From Eledone cirrhosa (lineage: Eukaryota): a DNA stretch of 64,000 bases. Shown here in pieces: positions 14,036 through 28,047 of this stretch; positions within the stretch are counted from its first letter, which is position 1, and each line of letters begins with the position of its first letter. A program made the translations under genes and the position numbers. The DNA lies in assembly GCA_964016885.1 (NCBI GenBank), contig OZ024742.1:82460001-82524000 (forward strand), read 5' to 3'. The notes under the pieces are model-generated. The model saw only the letters and a program-made list of their open reading frames with translations. It searched no databases and was not told where the DNA came from.

Positions 14036-14720
14036 TGCCTGGAGCTATGCAGATGACTACATACGCATAATGGATATCGTGCCTGGAGCTATGCAGATGA
14101 CTACATACGCATAATGGATATCGCGCCCACACGGTCACCAGTACTGTTCATCCTGTTGTATGTATGTAAATATCCGTGCGCGGGATATCCCTGAGTACAT
14201 TTTCTTGACCATCAATTGTTAATCGATTGTTTGTTAATTAGGCAGGAATATACCATTGTGTCTGTGCTAATCCTATGTGTTGCTGTGTATGTGTAAAGTA
14301 TCCGAGCGCGGGATATCCCTGAGCTAATTTTGCCTGACTGTTAATAGTGTTTTGATTACTTGTTAATTAGGCAGGAATATATATTATTATGTCTTTGTTA
14401 ATCCTGTATCAATAATTTTATAATAATTTTTTGTGATAATACATTTTTAGATTACTGAACCTACCTTATACCTTAATTAGGCGGGATTATATATTATTAT
14501 GCCTTTGTTAATCCTGTATCAATAATTTTATAATAATTTTTTGTGATAATACATTGTTAGATTACTGAAGCTACCTTATACCTTCTTAAAAATGCATTTT
14601 ATAATTATTGTCTTTTTAATTATGTATTTTCTTATTTACCACTTTCTTTAATCTTGCCCAACTTGATAAACTCCTTGAATTGCTCCCTAATTAAATTACT
14701 TAAATTACTTAAATTATTGT
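14036..14720. repeat. Tandem duplications in the PLE 1 3' region (2x44 bp at 14036-14123; two pairs of ~120-130 bp at ~14150-14585; 3x TAAATTACT at ~14692)
   Basis: Units TGCCTGGAGCTATGCAGATGACTACATACGCATAATGGATATCG x2, ATCCG.GCGCGGGATATCCCTGAG x2 and AATCCTGTATCAATAATTTTATAATAATT x2. Confidence 0.85.
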
Positions 14721-14913
14721 ATCTATTATGCCTAAGTTGTATCTGTTGAAGCAGCCCTTTGAAAATTCCTCGGATATCCTAAATACCGTAATTTTTAACT
14801 TTTAATGTATAATTTTCCTCAATTCGTTTTTATATATATCCTTAAAGGCTCTCTAAAATTTTAATTCTTCGAAGGGTCTCTCGGAAGAAGTTCCTATTAA
14901 AAATATTAAAGGG

Positions 14914-15866
<953 letters not shown>

Positions 15867-16246
15867 TATATATATATATATAAAGGGAAAAGAATGAAAT
15901 GAAATTTAATTTCTTACTCTTATTACGGATGTTTGTTTACAAACAAACCGAAAATAATAATAAATGTTCGCTAAACCCATACGTACATATATATATGTGT
16001 GTGCATGTATGTATGTATGTATATACTACTGTACGTCTGTATATATATGTATGTACGTATACATACTTATATATATATATATATGCTGTTCCGTATAACC
16101 ATGTTCATTACGAGCTGGGGATCCGCTAAGGTGAAACAATTGTTCTCGGTATGGTGAAGTAACTGTTGTGTGACAACCTCTACCTACCTCGTCCCATGGA
16201 CTGAGTGCTCTACCACTACGGATGTTACCTTCCAGTGTTCTACCAC

Positions 16247-16280
<34 letters not shown>

Positions 16281-16375
16281 AATTTTGAGTATATGTTGGT
16301 TGTTTAGCGACACCTCAGTATGCTGATTGTAGCACTCGACAAAGTACGCAGGTTGGTTTGGTTACTCCGGAGTAG

Positions 16376-17096
16376 TGTAAAATAAAATAATTAAGTCAAA
16401 TATTTAAAATTGGGTTCGTTTATTAAAGGTGTACTGCTATATATATTTCGGTGACAGCCATCCTTGGCTGTGACCTCTTCAGGCAGTCCGAATTGGTGTA
16501 GTAGAGACAGGTACACATGTTTTTGAGGTGTTTAACTCCGTCAATACTTCGATATGCCCAGTTCCTGGTTGGGTTGTTATTTCTCTGATGAGCTGGAATC
16601 ATATGAATTCGAACAAACGAATTTCAGCGTCGACGGACACTCCCTCCTCCTATTGGTTAGTTGTGAGGACATTCCTCAGTCAAAAGTCTATAGAAATTTT
16701 TCTGAGGCAAGGCAATCTGATGTCGTTGTTGTTTTTGTTAAGTACAGCTGACATCCTCCCTTGTATTGGTGTTAGAGGGTCAGGGGATCAGTAGGCAGGT
16801 CGGCTTTGGTTCGGCTGCCACCATTTCCCGTGGTGGTGATGGGGTTGTGTTTGCCAAACATGAAGAAATAAGATGAAGTAAAATGGAGAAATAACAACCC
16901 AACCAGGAACTGGGCATATCGGAGTATTGACGGAGTTAAACACCTCAACAACATGTGTACCAGTCTCTACCACACCAATTCGAACTGCCTGAACAGGTCA
17001 CAGCCAGGGATGGCTGTCACCGAAATATATATAGCAGTACACCTTTAATAAACGAAGCCACATTTTTAATATTTGACTTAATTATTTTATTTTATA
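16376..17096. mobile_element. Fold-back non-coding element (arms ~16376-16585 and ~16886-17096) with a hammerhead in each arm
   Basis: The arms are reverse complements over ~210 bp, and the element ends in (TA)n. Confidence 0.85.
16433..16487 (-). ncRNA. Type I hammerhead ribozyme with canonical core
   Basis: Minus strand ACTGC-CTGAAGA-GGTCACAGCCA(agga)TGGCTGTCACC-GAAA-TATATATA-GCAGT. The plus-strand twin at 16984-17038 has CTGAACA. Confidence 0.85.
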
Positions 17097-17104
17097 TATA
17101 TATA

Positions 17105-17990
17105 TGTAATTATGTATGTATGTATACGTACATACATATATGTATACAGACGTACAGTAGTATGTATATATATACACACATGCACACATATATATATATG
17201 CACGTATCGGATTACCGAACATTTATTATAATGTTCGGTTTGTTTGGTTGTAAACAAACAAACAGCCCGAATTACGCCGTACAGTGTTTAGGCAACAACG
17301 TCACCTTTTTGTACAACACTGACACAGGAACGATGTACTAGTTTCAAGCGTATTAGCTATCGCCAGCATTATATACCCTCCTGCCAGTTGGTTGAACGTC
17401 TGAAAGTATATAATTTCCTTATGCATATTAACGGCTCAGCAGCCTAATTTGCATATCAAGTGAGTTCAGTCCGCCGGAACACCGAAAACGATAAATGGAA
17501 TAGAATGAAACGAAATTTCATTTCTCACTCTTAGTACGGCACTTAGTTAAATGTAATTATGCATGTATGTATACGTACATACATATATATATACAGACGC
17601 ACAGTAGTATGTATATATATATACACACATGCACATATATATATATGCACATATCTGTTTACCGAACATTTATTATAATGCTCGGTTTGTTTGTTTGTAA
17701 ACAAACAAACAGCCCATATTACGCCGTACAGTGTTTAGGCAACCACGTCATCTTTTTGTTCATCACTGACACAGGAACGATGTACTAGTTTCAAGCTTAT
17801 TAGCTATCGTCAGCATCGTATACCTTCCTGCCAGATGGTTGAACCTCTGAAAGTATATATTTTCCTTATGCATATTAACGGCTGAGCAGCCTAATTTGCA
17901 TATAGAGTGAGTTCAGTCGGCCGGGCACACCGAAAACGACAAATGGAATAGAATGAACTCACTCGATATGCAAATTAGGCTGCTCAGCAT
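17105..17990. repeat. ~445-bp tandem duplication (17105-17550, 17551-17955) with a short terminal inversion (17955-17990); an inverted partial copy lies at ~15930-16066
   Basis: The units share CAAACAAACAGCCC..TTACGCCGTACAGTGTTTAGGCAAC..CTGACACAGGAACGATGTACTAGTTTCAAGC. 17955-17990 is the reverse complement of 17881-17914. Confidence 0.85.
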
Positions 17991-18154
17991 GTATTTCTTT
18001 TGTTCCTTCAACGCCTAAGTGACATGTTAATTCAGAATTAACATTGCTTCAGGGTGTGCGATTCTTCAATACTATTTGTTTATTCAAACATATATATATA
18101 TATATATAACAAAAAAGACAAATTTCGCTCTACAAGGCTGAATACAATAAATGC

Positions 18155-18553
18155 AATCTGAGTTTTTCGAATAGTAATACTAACATTCGATTCGCTTGCA
18201 ATTATGCAAACAAGCCTCAATTTTATCGCCATGTTAGTAGAATGAACACTTCATTCTTGCTCTTATGTTGGCACGCGAACAGAACTGCAGACACTAATGA
18301 TTCTGGCCGATCAGTCACAGCGTACTTTTGAAAATAGCAGATAATTTCACTAGCTCTGACAGTTTGGCAGGTGAACAGTGAGCTGTACTTATGAAGGGTG
18401 ATACCGAGAAACATTAGTGTCTGCAGTTCTCTTCGCATGCCAACATTAGAGCAAGAATGAAGTGTTCATTCTACTGACATGGCTATAAAATTGAGGCCTG
18501 TTTGCATAATTGCAAACGAATAGAATGTTATTATTAATATTCGAAAAACTCAG

Positions 18554-18557
<4 letters not shown>
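18155..18557. mobile_element. Fold-back element (arms ~18155-18299 and ~18412-18557) next to (TA)n
   Basis: AATCTGAGTTTTTCGAATA..GAACTGCAGACACTAATG is the reverse complement of CATTAGTGTCTGCAGTTC..TATTCGAAAAACTCAGATT. Confidence 0.85.
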
Positions 18558-18599
<42 letters not shown>

Positions 18600-19768
18600 A
18601 TATTTATTTATGTCACTTACAAGGTAATTATTTTTTACACCTTACGTATGTTTCTCTACACCCTCTAATTCTCATTCTACATTTCCGCTTACACCTTTCT
18701 CTTATTACCACCTGATTCTATTACCCGGAGACTTACCCATCTGCATTGTTAAGTCTTCCAAAACGACCAAATATATGGTGCGTGTGTGTGTGTGTACATG
18801 TATGTATGTGTGTATGTATCTATGTGTGTATGTATGTATGTGTGCATGTATCTATTAGTGTGAATTTGATTGTGTAGCTGAAGTATGATTTGGTGCAAAG
18901 TTCAGACTGATTGTGAAATAAGTGGAATTTTGGAATTAGAAGTGTTTATTCTGATTTGATTGAAATGTTAACAAAAGGCTTCCCACTGTGAATATCAGTA
19001 TTTGTTTATACACCGCTATATTCCTTCACGTTTCCTTCGTGGTTTATAGTGTGTAACGCGTGTCTGTTATTTATAGTATATTGCACCACATGATGGACGT
19101 TCACCCATTTGGTTGTTGATACAGATTCCTCTCAAAAAATAAATTTGCAAATGATTTTATAATTGCAATTATTTAATTATAGCAGAAGGTTTCATATTGG
19201 CAGATTCGTTAGAATGTCGGATGGATTACTTTGTGTTATACCTTCCGTGCTCTGCGTTCTAAAAAATGTCCTATGGTGGAGCTATGGACGGGTGGATGAA
19301 CTCCATTGAGCTATATTTAAGCATGGTCCTAGCGATGGAGAAGAGCTGAAACACATTATAGCACTTTATATCACAAGTAAACTTTAACTATATAGTAACG
19401 ACTCTATAATCTATTTTCTTCTTAAACTGTAGCGTAATCTATTTTAATTATATCTATATTGTTTTTTAATATAATATCCAATCCCCTCATTCACAGTTAT
19501 CCCAACCTCCCCATACTACTATAACAACCACCGCTAGTCATCGTGGAGTTGGGCTACTTTCTATGACGATGACATTTTCGAGGCAATGATTTGGACAATC
19601 TTTAAAGGATTTTCTTTTTAATTTTAAGTATTTTAGGTTGTGTAAAATTTGATTACCTTCTGACGAGCATGAGCTAGTAGAATGGGCTAGGATGGAAACT
19701 ACCAAGTCGTCACCCTCAGCGAAATATAATATGCATTATGTGGATAAAAATAAACCGGATTACAATTG

Positions 19769-19912
<144 letters not shown>

Positions 19913-20456
19913 GGACAAATTTGAAACAGGGACAAAACAGAGAGGCAGTACAACAAATGTTTATTAATTTCACGCTCTGGAGAGTGGGGTACCGTTAGAA
20001 GAATCACTCCAGAACAACTCGAACCCGGGGACCAATATACAATCCATGGCTGTATCTTATTATAAACATTCACTAAAATAAAATATAACCAATGTAATGG
20101 AAAAGATAACAATAATAATAATACTCTCAACACATGCACATTTGAACATTACAGAAACAATTATCACAATACTTCCACCATAAACTCATAATTTTAATAC
20201 ACAAACACCTTTGCCTGCTTGATATGCTTGTAAACCTATATTATTTTATGTGATACCTTTGCCATGGAGTAATTATATATGCCTAGTACCATTGCCTGTT
20301 TACTACCTATCTGTCCTGTATATGCCTAACGCATGTGTACCCTCTATACTGCTTTAATTATTATACTATTCTCTTGTAATCTCTGTCATTATTCTATTTC
20401 TTAGTCATTATTTTATTTGACTAATTTTTATTGAACTTCCATTTCAGAAAATAACA

Positions 20457-21655
20457 ATGAAAATAACTATGCTTACCAATGAAATAAAAGGCATGCTGTG
20501 ATTGTGGCTTTGAAGGCTAAGCATGGGGATTTAGAAATTTGTCGTTTTCTGAAAGTTGCAAGATTTTGTGTCCACAAGATTCGGTGAGAGTTAGAGAAAG
20601 AAGTTGGAAGCGTATTACCTGTATTAAAACATTAAAAAAAACATTCTAAAAGCTCTGATTCTATCAGTACACCTGAATTTATTCAGGAAGTTAAGCAATA
20701 CGTTGATGACAATCCAGGAAAATCAATGAGATCAATTGCAAAAAATGTTGGTGTGACAGAAAAAACAATCATACATGTTGTACATGAAGACATCAGATAC
20801 AAATCTTACGCAATGAGGAGAGGTCGATTCATGTCAGAAAAAAACAAAAGAAAAGCGTTTAATCAGATCCAAAATAGTTTTAAACAAACTTAAAAATCCA
20901 TCAGAAGATGGTGCGATTTGGTTTTTCTCAGAGGAGAAAATCTTTTACAAGGAACAGAAAACTAACAGAAGAAATGACAGGTGGCTATGTGCAGACCCTT
21001 CTAAGGTTCTAATAGTAGTGCACACAACATTTCCTGCAAGTGTCATGGTTTTGGTTGTTGTTAACAATGAAAGACATGTGATGCCTCCTCACTTTTTTCG
21101 ACGATGCCTTAAGGTGAATGTTGCTGCATATATTGAGGTTTCGTGATAAAGTTGTTCTGGATAAAGTTGTTAAGCCTTGCGTTAACTGTGTATGCAATGG
21201 AAGGCCTTATGTCTTTCAAGAAGATTCTGCACCATCACACAAGGCTCAAATGACACAAAATGGATGGCTGACAATTTGTATGATCACATCATCCGCAACA
21301 TTTGGCCTCCTAATTCTCCAGGTCTCAATCCACTGGACTACTATGTCCATACAGCACTGTTGATAGAAATGTCAATGGACACCCCCCATCGCACCAAAGA
21401 TTCTTTGAAAGCGGCCAAAATTCGAATCATGTCCGATATGAACCAGGATCACTTAATCCGAGCTTGCAAACGATGTTGACCCCGTTTATAGTTAGTTATT
21501 GATGCTTATGGTAGTTTTATTCAATGAAATTATTAAATTGATAATTTTAGTTTTATGTGTATGTTAATTTTATAAGAATACAGCTTTTTCTGTTATTATA
21601 TAAGCGTTTTTTTTTTAAACATAAATATGTCCTCAAATACCGTCCGCACGCTGTA
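20457..21655 (+). mobile_element. Decayed Tc1/mariner transposon, DD37D (maT) family
   Basis: HTH region (IVALKAKHGDLEI..FLKVA; P.KSMRSIAK), WFFSEEK.F..N.RNDRW, then VFQEDSAPSHKA..W..IWPPNSPGLNPLDY with 37 residues between the 2nd and 3rd D (across a frameshift). Right terminus ..CCGTCCGCACGCTG|TA. Left TIR not found. Confidence 0.88.
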
Positions 21656-21687
21656 TATATATATACGTATATATATGCATATATCTA

Positions 21688-21784
<97 letters not shown>

Positions 21785-21813
21785 ATATATATATACATAT
21801 ATATATAAATATA

Positions 21814-22941
21814 CAATATGTTGAAAATGTAACACACAGTGCGTTATCAATAAAACAGGGAAGAAAACCACCAGTGTATGGAATCTATAACCTATGAAAG
21901 CAGACTATAGACACGATAATTAAAAATATAAATGAAAGCGTAAATAAATACCTCTATAACTATATAACACACGTACAAATCCAAAGATACTAATCCAAAG
22001 ATATGTTTCACCAGTAATTTGTTGAAAGAAATGGGTTGGCCTCGGTTCATCAGCGTGTGTATGGCTATACATTTCAGACAACACTAAGAGAATTTTAAAA
22101 TTGACTGTCCAGCTACACGTGGGAAAGAGAAGTCACAGCGTGTTTAAGGGCAGTGAACCAGTGGCCTCAGGGGGAAGAACTGCTAGAAAGGCAGCCCAAA
22201 GCCACTCAGAGAAGTGTGCTCAACCAAACAGAGTTAGGAAAGACTGTTATTAGGAGCGAAATATCACGATAAATTAACGGAGGCATAGGCCCTCGCTATT
22301 CCCTGTAAATAATGTGCTCAGGATTTTTTCTCCTTTGAGAACATTATTTACAGGGAATAGCGAGGGCCTATGCCTCAGTTAATTTATCGTGATATTTCGC
22401 TCCTAATAACAGGCTTTCCTATCTCTGTTTATTTGAGCAGACTTCTATGAGTGGTTTGGGCTGCCCTTTCTAGCAGTTCGTCCCTCAGAGGCCACTGGTT
22501 CACTGCCCTTAAACACGCTGTGACTTCTCTCTCCTACGTGTAGCTGGACAGTCAATTTTAAAATTCTCTTAGTGTTGTCTGAAATGTATAGCCTTACACA
22601 CGCTGATGAACCGAGGCTAACCCATTTCTTTCAACAAATTACTGGTGAAACATATCTTTGGATTAGTATCTTTGGATTTGTACGTGTATTATATAGTTAT
22701 AGAGGTATTTATTTACGCTTTAATTTATATTTTTAATTATCGTGTCTATAGTCTGCCTTTCATAGGTTATTGATTCCGTCACTGGTGGTTTTTTCCCTGT
22801 TTTATTGATAACGCACCGTATATCTCTCTTTGGTGTGTTACGTTTTCAACATATTTTAAAGAGCTCAGAATTTCTTCTCCTTTGAGCACATTATTTACAG
22901 GGAATAGCGAGGGCCTATGCCTCCGTTAATTTATCGTGATA
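21814..22941. mobile_element. Large fold-back non-coding element (arms ~21814-22320 and ~22336-22854, plus tandem partial unit ~22880-22941) flanked by (TA)n; PLE-pLTR-like
   Basis: Reverse-complementary arms of ~500 bp. A repeated unit start TTTGAG.ACATTATTTACAGGGAATAGCGAGGGCCTATGCC. HHR in both arms. Confidence 0.9.
21967..22060 (-). ncRNA. Type I hammerhead ribozyme with canonical core; plus-strand twin at ~22596-22687
   Basis: ACACACG-CTGATGA-ACC(..)GGT-GAAAC-ATATC(..)GATTT-GTA-CGTGTGT: 7-bp stem I, extended stem III, GUA triplet. Confidence 0.8.
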
Positions 22942-22957
22942 TATATATATATATATT

Positions 22958-23200
22958 GTTCGTTTTGTAAGCCCCGACAATGCAGATGGGTAAATCTCCG
23001 GGTAACAGAATCCGGTGGTGAAGAGAGAGATGTATGGGAATGTAGAATGAGATGTATAATGTGTAGAGGAACGTAGGAAAGAGCGTAAACAATAAAAAAT
23101 AACAACATTCTACATACCCTTACATCTCTCTCTTCACCACCGGATGCTGTTACCCGGAGATTTACCCATCTGCATTGTTGAGACTTCCAAGGCGAACAAA
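22958..23200. mobile_element. Fold-back element (arms ~22958-23049 and ~23106-23198) between (TA)n tracts; single-arm relative at ~18672-18772
   Basis: CAATGCAGATGGGTAAATCTCCGGGTAACAG is the reverse complement of CTGTTACCCGGAGATTTACCCATCTGCATTG. Confidence 0.82.
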
Positions 23201-23247
23201 AAAAAATTTTATTATTCCACAATGCTTCAAGCAAACTTCAATACTCT

Positions 23248-23324
<77 letters not shown>

Positions 23325-24010
23325 ATATGCGTGTTTGTGCCTGGGCAGTGTATGAGTCTATGTAATATCGATGACACTACGGATATCAGATGAGACAGAA
23401 ATGTCTCCGTTAATCTATTTTATTCCGTATATCCTTTATCTAATATCTCCGTTCTCTTTAAACACATAAAGCTAGAAGTGCGCAGACACACACACACACA
23501 TATATATATATATATTACTCTATTACGTGTTTCAGCCGAGAGGCTGAGGCCATGCTGGTATCGTATAGCATGTAGTTGTATACCTAATACAGGTTAAATG
23601 TATGTATAATATATATGTGCTTGTGTGTGTGTGCATCTTAGTGCATGTGTATTCTAGTCTTGATGTGAGTACATGGTACACAATGTCAAGCATATATTAA
23701 CTAATACAGACTTCTTTATTGAAAAGTCTATATACATGGAAGATTTCGAATGATTTAATCTTTGTTCTCCGGGAAAGATTCAATTATACGAAGTCCCTAA
23801 CATATTTCCCAATACACAGCACACGCGTATTTTAATCTCATTTGAAAATTCCCAAACGTTAAATAAATTCCATGATATGGTATCTCTAGCATCTAAACTG
23901 AGAAGAGTATGCATAGACAGTATCTCAGGAGAGCATTATATCATATCCTCGATGGATAAATTGGACAGTGATAAAATGCTATATTACACTCCCGTAGTTT
24001 TATATATATA

Positions 24011-24080
<70 letters not shown>

Positions 24081-24201
24081 CGTGTGTGTGTGTGTGTGTG
24101 TGTATGTGTATCTATGTATGTGTATATATATGTATATATAGATTCATATATATAGTTATATATATATATATATCATATATCCTTACACATACATATATAT
24201 A

Positions 24202-24285
<84 letters not shown>

Positions 24286-26719
24286 TATACATATATTTGT
24301 ATATATATATGTTTGTGTGTGTGTAACTGTGTGTATATGTGTGTTGGTGAGAACATTTGTGTATCTCTATATGTGGTGTGTACGCTCATTTCTCTCAAAT
24401 ATCAAATAGAAATAATTTGTCATTGTCGATAGGTAAATTTTATGAGGCAAGAGAGAGACGTATATCAGCAGTTGCATTAACTCCGGAGTGAGATTCTCAT
24501 ATATAAATATATTAATGCGTTCCACTCTCTAAACATTGTGCGACAATGGGTTTTTTTTCTTTTTTACTTGTTTACGTTTTTTTTATATATATATTTATCA
24601 TTTCGTCCTGAGAATGAATGTCAGCGTAGCTTTGTGGGCTAACGCTGCACATATTGAATTATAAAAGCAAAGTAGATTGCAATATTAGATTACCAATTTT
24701 ACTGAATGTTTTCACAAAATTCTGCCATACTTACCTTATATTCTAATACATTTTACAGTTAAGTGCAAGTACCGTATTGATAAAACGCTTGAGGTGAGAG
24801 ACACCAAGATATTTCAGAAGGCCTACAATAATTTTCTTGTTGCTTTACTTCTTAAAATGCAGAGAGATTTTTATCCATAAAAAGAAAGGATGGTAATTTC
24901 GGTGTAAATAATAGCGCTGTTGCATATAAGAGGTACAGAATCTAATTCAATACATTACTGAACCGTGTCCAGATAACACTAGTGCCGACTTTGCCTTGAT
25001 TCTTTCAATAGTTACTTGATAATTGTATATAGTGGTATATTGTATATATGGTAGTTTACCAAAATAATATTACTATTATTAGTATTTTCTATGTATGTTT
25101 AAGTACTAATTAAATATTAAATCTGTAACTTTACTGCTACTAACATACACTTGTTGAAATTTAACACAATGTGTGCTATACTAATGGTAAATACACAGGC
25201 CGTTGAATTATAATTCAATGCAAGAAGTCGGTGAACAATGTAACTTTTCAGTGATAATAACAAGAATTCAAATAGATGTCAGTAATATGGATTGTTACTT
25301 TTGATATTCTAAATATAGTGAGCATGTAAAATCGAAATAAGAGTATAAGGTAGTGTAGAAAAATATACCATCTGATAGATGATCTTTGTGGGAAACAGTC
25401 TGTTCATATTCTGATCGTATTCTGAACAGTCAAATGATGTATAACAAGTAGAATATATGTATATAAATGCAAGGCATACATATTTTATATAAGCTAAGGT
25501 ATCGTAAATAATGATATAAGCCTATACATATTCTGATGCTTAAATTAATGTCACTCTTAATAAAATCAATGATGTTTGACTTAATAACTATGTTCGACCT
25601 CATTCTGGACAGACATGAAAATAAATATCGAACTGTCATTTAGGCTTCATATGAACAAGGTACGTGAACAAGGTACGTACATATTTGTATTAAAAACATG
25701 ACAATCATTGCGATTGAATATATAATATTGATATAAGATAATTAAACAATTTACTATTATATATACTCTAGTTTGTTAAATTGGAAAGTGCTTCAATAAT
25801 AGCAGAAATGCATATAGCCTACTTAAACACTGAAATGTTAGTTTGATAAGATTTGAAATCCTTATATATTACGTTCTTCATGTCTAAGTATCTATTTTTT
25901 GTATTATAATCCAATTAGTGTTTTTATATAAATGAAGCTCTAAAGACTGATCTGTTAAAATAACTCTTTCCTTGCCGATACATCACAATTTGTTCAAGCT
26001 TAATTCTTTTGCGAAATCTTACAACATGATGCCATATATATCTTGAGAAGGGGACAGGAAAATGTGTTTGCTTCATTATACAACTATAGAACTAGTTCAC
26101 TCGACATTTCCTAAAAGTGCACGCATAGTCTTGTCAATTCTGAAGTGTATTTATATATTTCACATAGCCATAGACATTGCTGACGTTATGTTTCATGGCT
26201 TCTAATATGTTCCTAATGGTTCCCTGTACTTATACAACACTCACAAGAACTGATAAATCTCCAATTATGCGAATTAAAAGAGCAGCAGAAAGCCGTTCGC
26301 CGTACTAGAAAAAGATAATCATTTGGTTCTCTTAAATCGGATCGGATATACACATTCTTATTCTGTTTACTGTAGATACTCATAAGTTTCATGTACTACG
26401 GCAATTAAATGAGTAGCATCCTATATCAAAACGTTAATTATAACTGTGGTGCAAATAAACTGAGATGCAGTGTCTAAAATTGTATATTAAACAGCAGTAT
26501 ACTAAAGTTAGGTCATTTGAAGGAGACAGTTTGATACGTTACGAAATACTATAGACAATATACACAATGTTCCCAAATGATTATAGGTATTATCATACTG
26601 GTAAACTAAGGACTGTATTGTGATACATAGTAAAATTCGGACGGTAGAAGTTAGAGCAAAAATCATCGAAAGAAACATTGCAAAGCATAAGTGAAAATAA
26701 ATAATTAAATAAAACCACA

Positions 26720-27300
26720 TATAATGGAAGAGGTAGTCATCGTTCCCAAATTCACCTCATGTATATTAGAAGACATTGCTGTGACCTGGTCTAAGAGATC
26801 AGCAACGTATTCTATTCAACTCCCAAGTATACAACGCTCGAAAGAGAGGAGATCCCCTGAGGCGTTCCTGATATCAGACGGGGAACTTCCTATTACGAAC
26901 TCGATGGAGGGTCTGCCAGAATACTTTACTTGTTGACCTGAAGTCAGATTCAAGCTTAACCCCAAAGTAAGTTTATGTGCAAGCAGGATGAGTTATTTCC
27001 AAGATGGGATCTTCGATCTCCTCTTGCTTGAAACGAGATGCTTTTACTGGTAACATTTAACAACTGGAGCAGAAACTGCCGAGCTGAATCGTCTCCATAC
27101 AAAATCAAATTCCTCAATTTGCTCACAGAAATCTGTATTTAGATGAAATAGTATCCCATAACAGGTCATGACCTCACAATCGTCGATTTTCCGATTACGA
27201 TTTTTCCTCATATTAATAATGTTGGTGTTAGCCAAGTTCTGCATTGACGTCCAAATATTCCGAGACACCAAACATGATGCGCAAGTTTCAAACCGTCACA
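26720..27300 (-). mobile_element. RTE-clade LINE relic (EN-RT linker region)
   Basis: Minus-strand translation FGVKLESDFRSTSKVFWQTLHRVR..SGDLLS.E..IL..EY..DLL resembles the RTE linker. Confidence 0.55.
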
Positions 27301-27727
27301 ATTGGCAATTGTTACGCTACAACCCATAGAGGTAAGGAGCAATAACTAGGAAAAGAAGCCAGATGCTGGCGGTTAGTTATAATCGGATTTGTTGGGAATA
27401 TAGAAACTCCACTATTAAGGTGTAGGGATAGGACAAATTGATGAACGTAATGTCACTCAACGAGTGATTGTATACAATAGGCACACATATTTCATTGAAT
27501 TATAGCTTATTATCACAAAGAATACTGCATAACTCCGGCAAAATCTTTACCTGATGCACGGAGATGTGGCATCACTCGTTAACGTTCTTTAAACATATTA
27601 CAATTTACAGTACTGTAGCACAAATGTATATTACCAATTACATATTATTAGATTCAGTCATGTAATTAGAATTTCAAACTTTTCTCATGACATTAAATAT
27701 TATATTAGAATAGAGGATACCTTGATT

Positions 27728-27774
<47 letters not shown>

Positions 27775-27781
27775 CACATCT

Positions 27782-27836
<55 letters not shown>

Positions 27837-27850
27837 CACATATATATACA

Positions 27851-27976
<126 letters not shown>

Positions 27977-27996
27977 CATATATGTGTGCTGTGTGA

Positions 27997-28047
<51 letters not shown>

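Noticed and set aside
18155-18557. Hammerhead in this fold-back and in 22958-23200
   Set aside because: No convincing CUGANGA/GAAA core with paired stems was found, so they are kept only as inverted-repeat elements.
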